Assembly: GCF_032191835.1 (NCBI RefSeq)
Contig: NC_083225.1
Coordinates: 84,506,001 to 84,570,000, forward strand
DNA: 64,000 bases
Reading direction: 5' to 3'
Origin: Heteronotia binoei
Taxonomy: Eukaryota
Each line of letters starts with the position of its first letter. The stretch's first letter is position 1. This document shows, piece after piece, positions 32,960 to 44,218 of this stretch. The translations under genes were made by a program, and so were the position numbers. The notes under the pieces were generated by a model. It saw only the letters and a program-made list of their open reading frames with translations. It was not told the origin of the DNA and searched no databases.

Positions 32960-34080
32960 TGCTTATTTAAGGTATTTGTATCCTGCCTTTTCACTCAATT
33001 AGGGCTCTCAAAACAGCCAACAATTAAAAAGATATTAAAACCCAATTTCAAAAACAGTATCTTGGTAAAAACAACAATTAAAACAAACAAAAAGGAGGAT
33101 CAATCAGGTAATGTCAGATGAAACAAAGAAAAGGCTTCAACTGCTGGTAGAAGAAAGGCAGAGGGTTCAGATGAATCTCCCTAGGGAGAAAATACCACTG
33201 TTTTGGTGCCACAACTAAGACTCCTTCTCAGGTTTCCACCAACCTAGCCACAAGAGACAAGCATACCCAAACCAGACCACCAGAACATAATCATAATTAG
33301 GGATGGGCACAAATGGAACCACAAATTTTGTCATAAATTTTGCCATATTTATGATTTGCAAACAAAAGTTCATGATGGGTCTACCATCACACTCTTCCAT
33401 GAACTTTTAAAGCAGTGTGTGGCTGGTCATGATGGTTTGTGGATAGAGCAGAAAGCAAGGCTTTAAAGAGAATCCAAATCTCTTTAAACCCCTGCTTTAA
33501 ACTTTAAAGTGACTGCATAAGACAGCATGAAACAGCTGAGCAGTGGGAAATGTCCATCGGTCAGCTGTTTTTCAGGCTATCTTCTGAAATCCCTTTAAAG
33601 TTTACTGGGACTGCACATGACAGCCAGAAACAGCTGAGTGGCAGGAAGCAGGCTGCTCCCCATTGCTCAGCTGCTTTTGGGGCTTTTTACAATCCCTATT
33701 TAAAGGGACTGTGGTCTCTTTCAACAGGGTTTGTGGAGCAATGAAGCAGTATGGTTCTCCAACAAACCTCCCAGTTTGGTTTGATTAGTGAATCAACCAT
33801 AAATCAACACAAACTGCATTTTCCTAGTTTGAGTCCATCCCTAATCATAATGGTTGGACAGGTTGATATGGAATAGGTGGTCCTTAATGTAATAGGGTCT
33901 CAAGCTTTTTAGGAAATTAAAGTTTGATGCAAGCAACTTGAATTGGGCCTGGAAGCAAATTGGGAGCCAGCATCTTGCCCCTATGACCAATTTCAACCAG
34001 CATTCTCACTGCAGCATTCTGTACCAATTGTAGGTTTTGGACTTCTTCAAACACAGTCCTACATAAATGACTACATACAC
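32960..34080 (-). mobile_element. Old L2 3' fragment interrupted by a hAT MITE
   Basis: L2 tail-like TATCCTGCCTTT...AGGGCTCTC and decayed coding motifs (CCCTAGGGAG...GGTGCCACA; CTGCAGCATTCTGTACCAATTG) on both sides of 33298-33843. Confidence 0.55.
33298..33843. mobile_element. hAT MITE (TAGGGATGG TIRs)
   Basis: TIRs TAGGGATGG / CCATCCCTA. Perfect 8-bp TSD ATCATAAT at 33290-33297 and 33844-33851. Confidence 0.9.
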
Positions 34081-34864
34081 TTATAAATTATTCTATGATG
34101 GATGCATCATTTGATGCTTCATGGCTCCCAAAGGGAACATGGGGAAAGGAGCAATGGACCTGTGACTGGCCTAACCAGACAACACTGGAAGAGGTCAGAG
34201 GAAAAGTGCCTGGACTAAGGCATTTACCACGGAAGCTGGCCCAAGAAGGCCTGTCCCAAAGGCCTATAGCCCAGACATGTCCAGGATCCAACCAGCTGGG
34301 ATGGGAAGGCTGCAGTCTGGTCATAGGAAGAGGATTAGTTTGGCTTTTGAGATGTTCATTAAGAGCCACCACCCTGAGAAACCTATGTGTGGGGCAATAA
34401 ATAGAGAAGCAGGAAGAAGGGAGCACAGCCAAGGAATGTGAGGGAACTTTCCCAGGAGGCAAGCATGTTCCCAAAGGAGAAATTATATCCAGGAAACTGT
34501 GAAATAAAGGACTTTTACATATGCTGAATAATGCATTTTCAGTCCACTTACAAAGCACTTTAGCAATTGTTTGTCGTTTCACACAGAAAAGTGTACTGAA
34601 AGTGGATTGAAAGTGCAGTCTGTATGAAAGTGCCATAGAAGTTTCCTTTTAAAGCAGCCAGACAAGGCCATGGATTGGCAACCATCCTCCAACGCTCCTA
34701 GGGCTTTCTTTAGTTCCTGCCCTTCCCCTATTTTTAATATGACCAATAATTAGTATTATTACCAGATTCCTTTATTTATTTGTTTTTCTTACTGTGATTC
34801 AAGGTAGATTATGTAGAACAAGTCAATACAATCAACAGGATGAGATATTCAACCATCTGTTTAT

Positions 34865-35330
34865 AAACATAAGAAGAGCCCTATTGGATCAGAATATTGG
34901 TCCATCTAGTCCAGCATCCTGTCTCACACAGTTGCCAACCAGTTCCTCTAGGCTGCCAACAACAAGGTAGAGGCCAAGGCCTTCCCCTGATGTCTCCTCA
35001 TGGCTCTGGGATTCAGAGGATTAGTGCCTCAAAATGTGGATTTTTCCCTCAGCTACCATGGTTAGTAGCCACTGATAGACCTATCCTCCATAAATTTATC
35101 TAATCTTTTTTTTTAAGCTGTTTATTCCTATGGCTGTCATTTTATCCTCTGGCAGTAAATTCCACATTTTAATCACTCTCTGTTTAATCACAGTCTTTTG
35201 TCTGTTCTTAACCTACTGCCCATCAGTTTCATTGGGTGCCCTCAAAGTCTAGTATTTTGGGAAAGGGAGAAAAAAATATTTCCATCCCATGCATAATGTT
35301 ATAAAACTCTATCATGTTCCCACTTTATGT
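34865..35330 (-). mobile_element. CR1 LINE 3' fragment (TTCTTATG-terminated family)
   Basis: AACATAAGAAGAGCCCTATTGGATCAG terminus. Decayed ORF2-end motifs (RGHPMKL, VELTARG/WN.LP-like, ..MED.SI.GY) on the minus strand. Confidence 0.75.
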
Positions 35331-36137
35331 GGCTTAATTAGTGGGAATGCCAACTTCCAATATTTCAGTCAACATCTGTAGAATTCCTGCACCCTCACAA
35401 CTTGATCAACCATTCCTGTTCTATTTTCTAGCCAATAAAGTCCACAAAGAAAAATACCTACTACTGTACTACTGAATATCATACACTGGGCTTTCTCTAC
35501 TCATAGGTTTTCCTTCTAACTAGAGGGTAATTTGGGATTCTTCCTGTTTAGCACAAATAACCTATCCAGCACCAAAGGACATGGCTGCTGACAGAAATAA
35601 CAATCTGAGCTTTTCTGATTCTTCCCTCACAGTTCTTGTTACTAAAATAGCAACTATTCTACTCACTAAAATATTGAATAATATAATAGGAGAAGGAAAT
35701 TCCCTCTGACATGTAGCATTCTTTTATCCATGCACAGTTATATTTTGTTCAATTAATGAGATCTTTTAACATATAGAAAATGAGACACTAATTTTAAGCT
35801 AATCCTAATAGAATCTATTCTGTCCTCAAATTTCAAAGAATCTCACTAATTTTGAACCATTACAGCGGGTGTTTGTTGTTTTTAACTTATAGCCAGAAAA
35901 CCACAAATGTCAAGGTTCTAAAATGGAATAATTATTCCAGAAGTGGAAAAGAGAGAGACTACAGAAGAACAAAAAGATATTAAATTAGTTCTTATTTTGC
36001 TTCTGGTAGAGAGGAAAGAGAATATCTTTTCTAATGGTCTATAAAGTGATTACAGCTGAGCCCAGTGTTTGAAACTGACAGATCCAAAGCACAAAGTCCT
36101 GCTGTGCATTTTGTAATATATATTTTACCTTTCAAAG

Positions 36138-36212
36138 TCATCTCTGATTTCACAACACTAGCAGAGGTTGCTCACACAGTAATTGAAGCATTGTGTTTTA
36201 AAAGCCATTCTG
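36138..36212 (+). CDS. Candidate host exon (unidentified gene), 75 nt, phase 1-1
   Basis: TATTTTACCTTTCAAAG acceptor and CTG|GTAATG donor. Symmetric open frame ISDFTTLAEVAHTVIEALCFKSHS; the antisense frames are closed. Confidence 0.35.
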
Positions 36213-36430
36213 GTAATGTTTCCAAGATTTCTAGCTTGCAGTAAAGACATAGGTTTCCTTCTAGGAATTACACTCATTTTGGTCAATTATCTCAGTTGAG
36301 TTATACTTGGTTAAAAAAAAAAGCAGTGTCAAACAAAAAAAAAAATCCATCCTCAAAAGCTAAACAGTTCTATACCTTCACACACAACCTGCTTCTTGAT
36401 TCAGTAAAGTGTCTATGTCTTAGCTATTTA

Positions 36431-36548
36431 CCAGGGCTATTTTGTGGGGAAAGCCCAGCAGGAACTTATTTGCATATTAGGCCACACCCCCTGGCACCAA
36501 GCCAGCAGCAACTGTGTTCCTGTGCATTCCTGTTCAAAAAAAGCCCTG
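36431..36548. mobile_element. hAT MITE (CAGGGCT TIR family)
   Basis: CCAGGGCTATTTT / AAAAAAAGCCCTG termini. 8-bp TSD GCTATTTA at 36423-36430 and 36549-36556. Inverted homologue of 9554-9680. Confidence 0.85.
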
Positions 36549-38282
36549 GCTATTTAAAGGTGTACTAATATGGCTATTTTCAGGCCTACGGTCCTACTTG
36601 AAATACAATTAATTTATGCTTCTCTGTATACCTGTCCATTGTTTATCTTCAATATGAACTAAATAAAACTGAAATTTGAGTAGTTTCCAAACTCCAAAAT
36701 TGGTTTCCGCATTGTTTTAACCATTACATAATTCACATATCTTTTCTTACCTTTTTACGATATTAAAGTTGTGCATTGCCATTTCCCCCACTTCTAATAA
36801 GTGCTTGACATCTAACTGGAATCATGGGACATAACCAGTGGTCTGACTAATTATAACAGCATCTTATATCTAGCTCTCTGTGCCACAATGGGTAAACTTT
36901 TGCTCTTCCTTCTAAATGTTTCCTGTAAAAAATAACTGCATGAGTAAGACTGTTGCATAGCCTCAGGCTCTTTCATAAAGATATTTCCAGCTCAAGTCTT
37001 TTTTTAAAAAAATCAACATAAAAAAGGATATATTGGTTGAAAGAAGGAGTGAAACCTTGATGTGCCAGTTGATGCCTCCAATCAAATGCCAACTTGTGTT
37101 GCTTAAGAAGGCTGGGGATATTTGAGAGATGCAGAGAAAGAAGTGGTGGGCATACAAGTCTGAGTTAGCAGATGCCAGCTAAGTTGTGCCATCAGCAGGT
37201 GGGTGATGGAACATGAGCTACAGCTGTGTTTGCTTTAGCTTTCATTTTATTTTGTATTATTTATTTTTAAAAACCCACTAGCAGTGATTTGGAATTTATT
37301 CAACGACATGCCCTGTGAATGATTAGCTAATTTCTCTCCTGCAGACAAGTTTGATGGGAAGATGCAAGCTAGATAGGAGACAGCTGTGGAGTACTGTTTT
37401 GTTGGTGCTTGTCACTGCTTCAGTAGTAATACTGGATAGAAGGACATGTTACATGAAAACACTGAGCTCTCTGTTTAATAGTAGACTCAGAGTATCACAG
37501 TGTTTAAAGAAACACCTCAGGCAGCACCACTGGGGGGGGATGTTATAAAATACTGTTAAAAATTACTACAGCAAGTGTATCTGCCTACTGAAGTGAGATT
37601 TGTTGCATGTCTCAAACAAATCTTATTCTTACTTACAGTGATGACTTGTTTGATTTTTCATCAGTAAGAATTATCACCAAGTGAAGATGAAACTCTATTA
37701 GATATCCACTTATTCTGGATGTGGGTCAAAATGGACCTGCTCTGGCCTGCAGGCTCTATTCCACCCTTCCATCCAAGGTTTCCCCAACACCTGGAGGGGC
37801 TTTTCGTTCTGTCTTAGGTAACCTGCTGCCACTACCTAAATTTTGTAAGGAATTGCCTGCTGGGAGGTTCAAGGTTCCCAGCTTCCCTTCCAAGTTCTGA
37901 GACCTTGCCTATGTGTCTCCCACTGCTCAGTTCCTGGTCACCATGAGGACTGTTTATTGCCTTATGTGCCCATGGAGGAATAGCTGCTTGCCAACTGCCT
38001 GCCTTCCCCCTGGTGCACCTTTTAAAATAGCATGTCCAAGATGGTGGAGGTCTATGTGGTACAGAGAATCACTGCCAGCATCAAAAGTTATAAAGTATTT
38101 ATTAAAGAAAAAATGTTCACAAACATACTTTAAGCACAGCACCAGACTGAGCAAGGGATTCAAAAGAAATGGATAAAATGCAATTCCTCTCTCTATATGT
38201 TTATATATGTGCCCTACCAGATGTTAAAATAGTACAGGCTCCTTAGCTTAGGAAGTTACAGATCTCCATAGAGTTCTATTAC

Positions 38283-38810
38283 TTAGAACCAGACCAGCAC
38301 ATTGTTCCATACCAGCACATGGTCAATGGCTGCCTTCTCCAGACCTGAGTTAAGAGTTCTGTCTACCCTGGTGGACTCAGCACCTGAGAAAGAGAGAATT
38401 TCCTTCTCACTCCCATCAGTTTTATCACCTCTCTTTTCCACACTCACTGACCAGGTCAGACCAGTCAGAGCAGCTTTTCCTGAAGCCTCCATAACTTTCC
38501 TTCCTTCTCTAGTATTTAATTCCTCCAAATCTCTGTTCCAGTATGCGGGGGGGGGGGGGAGCTTGACCATCCCATTCTCTACATCTTTTAGCATTTGTAT
38601 GAAGGAAGGCTTAGGTAAGTCTGGAAAGCAATTGAACTGACTTATCTCCTTTCTGCCTGTTCTCTGCCCTGTTTTACCTTGAGGTATCTTTCTGAGCTTC
38701 AGCCGGGTTATGTTATCAGTAATTATCATTCTGAACATTTTCATCTGTGGAATGTAGCAATGGAGAGTAGCCATGGCCAACCACTCTGCATCAATACATA
38801 GTCTGGTCAT
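38283..38810 (-). other. 175-codon ORF of uncertain nature
   Basis: Uninterrupted ORF outside recognised repeats, with weak APE-endonuclease-like motifs (N..EGRKVME, D..G, AAIDHVLV). Confidence 0.25.
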
Positions 38811-39410
38811 CAGAACTCTATTGGTAAGGAAGTGACTTGAGGATGATTTAGAATGATGCTTTCCATGTTAAACACATCCAAAAGCTCCTTATGTGTGGTG
38901 GCACTTCATGGGAGAGGCACTTCATATAGAAATATTTTTTCCTCCTGCCTTCTTTCCCATCTTACAGCAATACACATTCCCACCATTGGATGGCCATGTT
39001 GTCAGTAATGTTTTACTAATTCATGCTCCATTTTCCAGGCCCCATGTGTACACCATTGCAGCAGCTGACTGACCTCTGGACTATGAACCATTGGTTGCAG
39101 ACTTTGCATGTATAGGCAATCACACTGGATAAGAACCTTTCTGCAGCTTTATACAGAGAATGCTGTCACAAACAAAGATGCAGCAGATTCAGTAAGATTG
39201 TTCTGTATATTAATAATCTTTTTGTCATTCTCGGTAGCTGAACTAAGATTATGGTCAGTTCTCTCACTAAAACACTGTTTACTGCAACAGAAGACATTTA
39301 GTATTCATGCTCTAATGTGCAAGCAACTATTTCGATTCTATGTTGTATTTATAATTAGCACTCCAGCTGTGCAGGTATATTTTACTTTTTACATTCCAGT
39401 TAACATTAGT

Positions 39411-39712
39411 GGCCCCCTGGTGCAGAGTGGTAAAGCAGCAGTACTGCAGTACTGTGGTCTGAACTCTCTGCTCATGACCTGAGGTCAATTCCGGTGGAAG
39501 CTGGATTCAGGTAGCCGGCCCAAGGTTGACTCAGCCTTCCATCCTTCCGAGGTTGGTAAAATGAGTACCCAGCTTGTTGGGGGGAAAGTGTAAAAGACTG
39601 GGGAAGGCAATGGCAAACCACCCCCAAAAAGTCTGCCGTGAAAACGTTGTGAAAGCAACGTCAACCCCAAGTCGGAAACGACTGGTGTTTACACAGGGGA
39701 CCTTTCCTTTCC
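39411..39712 (+). mobile_element. Sauria SINE (Squam1)
   Basis: GGTGCAGAGTGGTAAAGCAGCAGTACTGCAG head, GGTTGACTCAGCCTTCCATCCTTCCGAGGT body, GGGGAAGGCAATGGCAAACCAC, and (CCTTT)n tail. Confidence 0.93.
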
Positions 39713-40345
39713 TGTCATTAGGTTTATCATTATTATCCTTCTGCACTCAACTACATTTCAGTCCATGTGTCCTGCATGCAACTGATTAATGTAGACTGCT
39801 GAATACCAGGGCCCAAAGCACAATAAAGCAACAAGCCAAGTACCACAGTGATTTATTGTTTTTCTTATTTCTGTCTTCTTGTGAGTTGCAGTCCTTCCAT
39901 TTCCGCTGTCTTCTTGATACTCATTTATTGTCAGCTGCTGCAACTTGCATTGGTGATGCTCTATAAACAAAACATGAGAAAAGCAGTTGCAGAGTAACAA
40001 TATCTAAAGGATGAAATTGATAAGTTATTGAACTAAATGCAAAATAGATTAGAACTTATTACTAAGTTTATACATTTATTGACAAAAAGTATTTGTCAAA
40101 CAAATAACAAAATATATAATATAAAAAATAAGTACAAAATACCCCTTTGTACAGAACACAATAATGACTGTCTCATAAACATCAAAGATGAAAAACCAAA
40201 CACATTTCAACAAAGTCTTCTTCAGTGGCCATGAAATATAAAACAACATACAACAATAGAACATTACAAAAATGCAAGGAATGTATACTAAGCAAAGAGT
40301 CAGGGCCACTTTATATTATGCTGTTGAAATGTTACCTTAGAAGCA

Positions 40346-40548
40346 CTCTCTCTCTCTCTCGGCTTGGCTTCGCGAACGAAGATTTAAGAAGGGTGCAATA
40401 GTCCACGTTTGCTGCAGGCTCGCTGGTGGCTGACAAGACCAATGTGGGACAGGCAGGTCCGGCCACAGCGGCTGCAGGGAAAAGTCTGATTTAGGGTTGG
40501 TCCTGTAGCAGTGCGATTCTTCCTCAATCTCCTTTTGTCCTCAAGACC
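40346..40548 (-). mobile_element. 5'-truncated RTE LINE copy
   Basis: GLEDKRRLRKNRTA...FPCSRCGRTCLSHIGLVSHQRAC and (GA)n tail, nearly identical to 47310-47511. Confidence 0.95.
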
Positions 40549-40606
40549 TATTAGTACAGTAAATTGCCTCAACAGAGAAAGAATCTCAAAGGCACCTAAT
40601 ACACTA

Positions 40607-40903
40607 AAAGGTAAAGGTAGTACCCTGTGCAAGCACCAGTCCTTTCAACTCTGGGATGACATTGCTTTTACAGCATTTTCACGGCAGACTTTTTCGGGGT
40701 GGTTTGCCATTGCCTTCCCCAGTCATCTAACACTTTCCCCCAGCAAGCTGGAAACTCATTTTACTGACCTCAGAAGGATGGAAAGCTGAGTCGACCTGAA
40801 GCTGGCTACCTGAACCAGCTTCTACTGGGATCGAACTCAGGTCGTGAGCAGAGGGCTCTAACTGCAGTACTGCAGCTTTACCACTCTGCTCCACGGGGCT
40901 CTT
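40607..40903 (-). mobile_element. Sauria SINE (Squam1)
   Basis: Reverse complement of the family with an (ACCTTT)n tail. 13-bp TSD ACCTAATACACTA / ACCCAATATACTA (40594-40606, 40904-40916; 2 mismatches). Confidence 0.93.
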
Positions 40904-41513
40904 ACCCAATATACTAGGTGCCTATAAATTAGAACATGTTTCAATTAAAAATAATTAAAATATATATAATTAACCACACATGAATAAGAGATGCCTAAAT
41001 GTAAGGATGTATACAAACCAGTATTGGCTACAAATAACATACAGTTTGTATTCCTTTCCTCCCAAATATAGCCAAAACATTAGCAAACAATGAGTAGATA
41101 ACAGTTTGCCATTACATAGTTATGTTATTTTTTATGTTTTAGTCATGGAGCATCCTCTTTTATTTTTTTATTTTTAAAAGACAACAACAACAAATAATAT
41201 CAAAAAGCAGTAAGTAGGATACAAATTAATGATATGACACGATATAAACATTAATGTTAAAAGTTCTAACTAGTTTTCCAAGCTTTAACTAAAATTCTTG
41301 TTTTCATTATAAATAAGTCTGATTAATACATAATTCAAAATCAATACCTGATACTTAAGGTAAGTCAGCCTAGATTAAAGTTTATTTTTAACTTCTTCCT
41401 TCCCCTCCCTCCTTCCCCCTCCCCTCTTCTCCTTCCTGTTCCCCCTGCCATTTAATTGAAATGACTGCATGGTTCTCTACAGTTACCACAGGTGCTTTCA
41501 TTAATGTCATTAA

Positions 41514-43546
41514 CAGCCCAATCCTGACTTACATGGAGGCTGGCTGCTCGAATGTGGGCGCAAGTAAGGTGCCACTAGTCCACTGGAGTGCAGACTTCCA
41601 GCTAGCAGCCAAGGTGAAGGCAGCAGGAGGGGCAGGGCATCCCTAGGCTACTGGATTGGCCAGTCCAGTGCAGGCATTGTTGCACATGACACTCAGGGAT
41701 GGGAAGAGACAGCCCCAGAGAAGCTGATTTCCCCTCCCACCCCCTGACAGAGAACTGTGCCCATTACAGGCAGACATCAAAGTCATCTGCTTTCCCTACA
41801 TGCCAGCATGGAACATGGGCATTCACCCAGTGAAGAATACAAGTCTGCCCCCTGCTAGGGCTCCCCCAACACTACCTCTGAGACCCTCCATGTTGCCATG
41901 GCATCCCCTGCTGTGTGCACGGAACTCCTCCCTCAGGAGCTACAGAACAGAGTGAGAGGCACCAGCCATGCTCCCACTCCATTAGCCCCACCCCCGTTGA
42001 AGGTTGTGCCATGAGCACAACAGCCCTGTGGGCAGGCATCCCCTGTCCAACCTCACAGCAAGGCAGCTCATAGTTCCCCTCCTCCCGCTCCCCTGTCCAG
42101 CCTTGCAGCAAGGTGGCTCATAGGTTCCTACCATTCTTGCACCCTCCCCCGAAACAAGTGAGCCTGCCCTCCAAGACATTCCCTTGCAGAGCTCACTGTG
42201 AGAGTGGCAGAGGGGGTGGAAAGGGAGAGGGGCACAGGGACTGTGCAGCAGATGCCAAGCAGGAGAGACAAAGTAGGGCATATCTCAGACTTTATTGTGC
42301 TGGAACCAAGTGCAACAGCATCCCAGGTGCAACTTGGACAGTCTTGCAGGGCATGAGGCTCCACTCAGAGAGGAGGGCAGGGACAGCTGACCGAGTGGGG
42401 GGGGGAGTGTATCATCACAAACGGAAGCCTCTCTGTTGAGCCTTCACCTGGAAAACAGAGACCAAGAGCATCTGAAGGGGTTCCCAGGGTGCAATTTAGC
42501 AGCCCCAGCAGCTGTGGCGTGAGGCTGTGTTCTGGCGAGGGACTCTCTTAAAGGGACAGTCTCTGACCCACCTCCCTACAGTATTGGAACAGCTGCCAGA
42601 CCCCCCTCCACCCTGCCAGGAGTAGGACCAAGGCAGAGGAAAGACCGGGGGGGGGCCCTCCAGCAGCATGTAGGGGCCATGGCAACTTCCCCCTGCCTGA
42701 ACTCGCTGCCTGGGTCAAGTGCTGGAGATGCTGTCACTCTGCCCAGATTTGAGCGAGGGGAGGGGGGAAGCAAGTTTGGCATGTGCGACCACCCTTGAGT
42801 GGTGAGCCTCTGGAGGTGGGGACCTGTGGGGACTTTGAAACAGGAGAGGTTAGCCATGGAGGAGAGACTTCGCTCTCCACCTTGCAAGTCAAAGAGCTCA
42901 CTCAGTACTGTCTAAGTGCCCTTGCTGTGCAGCCTCCACCACTAAATGTGCCCCAGCCCTCACTTGAAGTCCACCTAGCAGGGAGCTCCACGGCAGAGCC
43001 CCATGCTGTATGCCCTACCTAAAGAGTTGTGTGAGGCAGGAGTGAACATTTTTCTAGGAGGCAGGGAGCGGCAAGTGGGTGCTGGGGAGGGGACTCACTC
43101 AGCCCGGGGCATGAAGGAATTGGAGAGGCAATTACATAGCTCTCCAAGGGGTTTGAAAGCTCATGCAGAGGTGACGACAACCTTTGTTTTCTGCTTCAAT
43201 GAGTGTCTATGGGATATGCCAGCACTTTCCTTGGCATAACTTTACAGCTCTCATGGGGGGCATTCCTGGACTGAAAGGTCTTAGGAAGTTGGCTAACACT
43301 GGCCACACCCCTGGGGCTGCCTCCAACAATGCCGGCGTGGCTGCCTACACCCCAGTTGCACTGCAGGCTGAGCACAGCATCCCTTCACCAGCAGCCAGCA
43401 GTGGGCATACGCTGAGGCGCCCCTAGACAGCCGCAACTCCCATTTGCACTGGCATATAGGGAGTTAGAATGATGAAGCTCGCACTTCCACCAACATAGTG
43501 GTTAGTTTGCTTCCACAGCATCCCCCCCCCCCTTAGGATTGTACTG
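41514..43546. mobile_element. Unclassified ~2-kb GC-rich TIR element, copy 1
   Basis: Termini CAGCCCAATCCT / AGGATTGTACTG (10/12 inverted match). Internal homology to 53422-54650. No transposase motifs. Confidence 0.55.
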
Positions 43547-43599
43547 GCCGAATCTGATGTACATTTATAACAAATGTTTGATTTTACTTATATATTATG

Positions 43600-43724
43600 A
43601 AATGTTAATTTTAAAGTGTAATTTTATATTTTTATGTTAGTTTTATATATGTTGTAAGCCGCCCTGAGCCACTCGGTGGGAAGGGCGGGATATAAATCCC
43701 AGATAAATAAATAAATAAATAAAT
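43600..43724 (+). mobile_element. L2 3' tail with (AAAT)n
   Basis: TGTAAGCCGCCCTGAGCC...GGGAAGGGCGGGATATAAAT...(AAAT)n. Confidence 0.8.
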
Positions 43725-44218
43725 CTTCATCTACTTGTTGTTTTGGATTTTGGTTGTAGCTGTTCCCTTTTTGCTCAGCTATAAACAAAATGTAACATTG
43801 CACTAAATTTAAGGCTGCAATCAGATGACAGGCTTGATGTGGTCTGGCTGTGGTTCAAATTTCTCTGGAATTATTTGTTCCAGAGAGGGAGTGAACAGAC
43901 ATGCCACCCTTCTTTTAAAGAAAATTCCATTTTACACAAGCACAGAACCACTTAATCACCATGAATATATATGCAGTTATGTGCATATTGCTAACTGAAG
44001 GAGGGGAGAATGGCATCAAGGGAGAAGAAGCTGCAGACTTCCAGATGTCTTGACTATGCAACAGGGTGACTAGATATCTAGAAATGCACAGTGGAACAAT
44101 TAGAGCCATAAATACTGGACTTTCTCAGGGGTCAAAGAAGTCCAGGGTAAGGATGGGGGACCTGAATGGAGGACAGATATTACTGTCTGGATGTGCATAT
44201 TAAATCCAGTAGGTAGAA

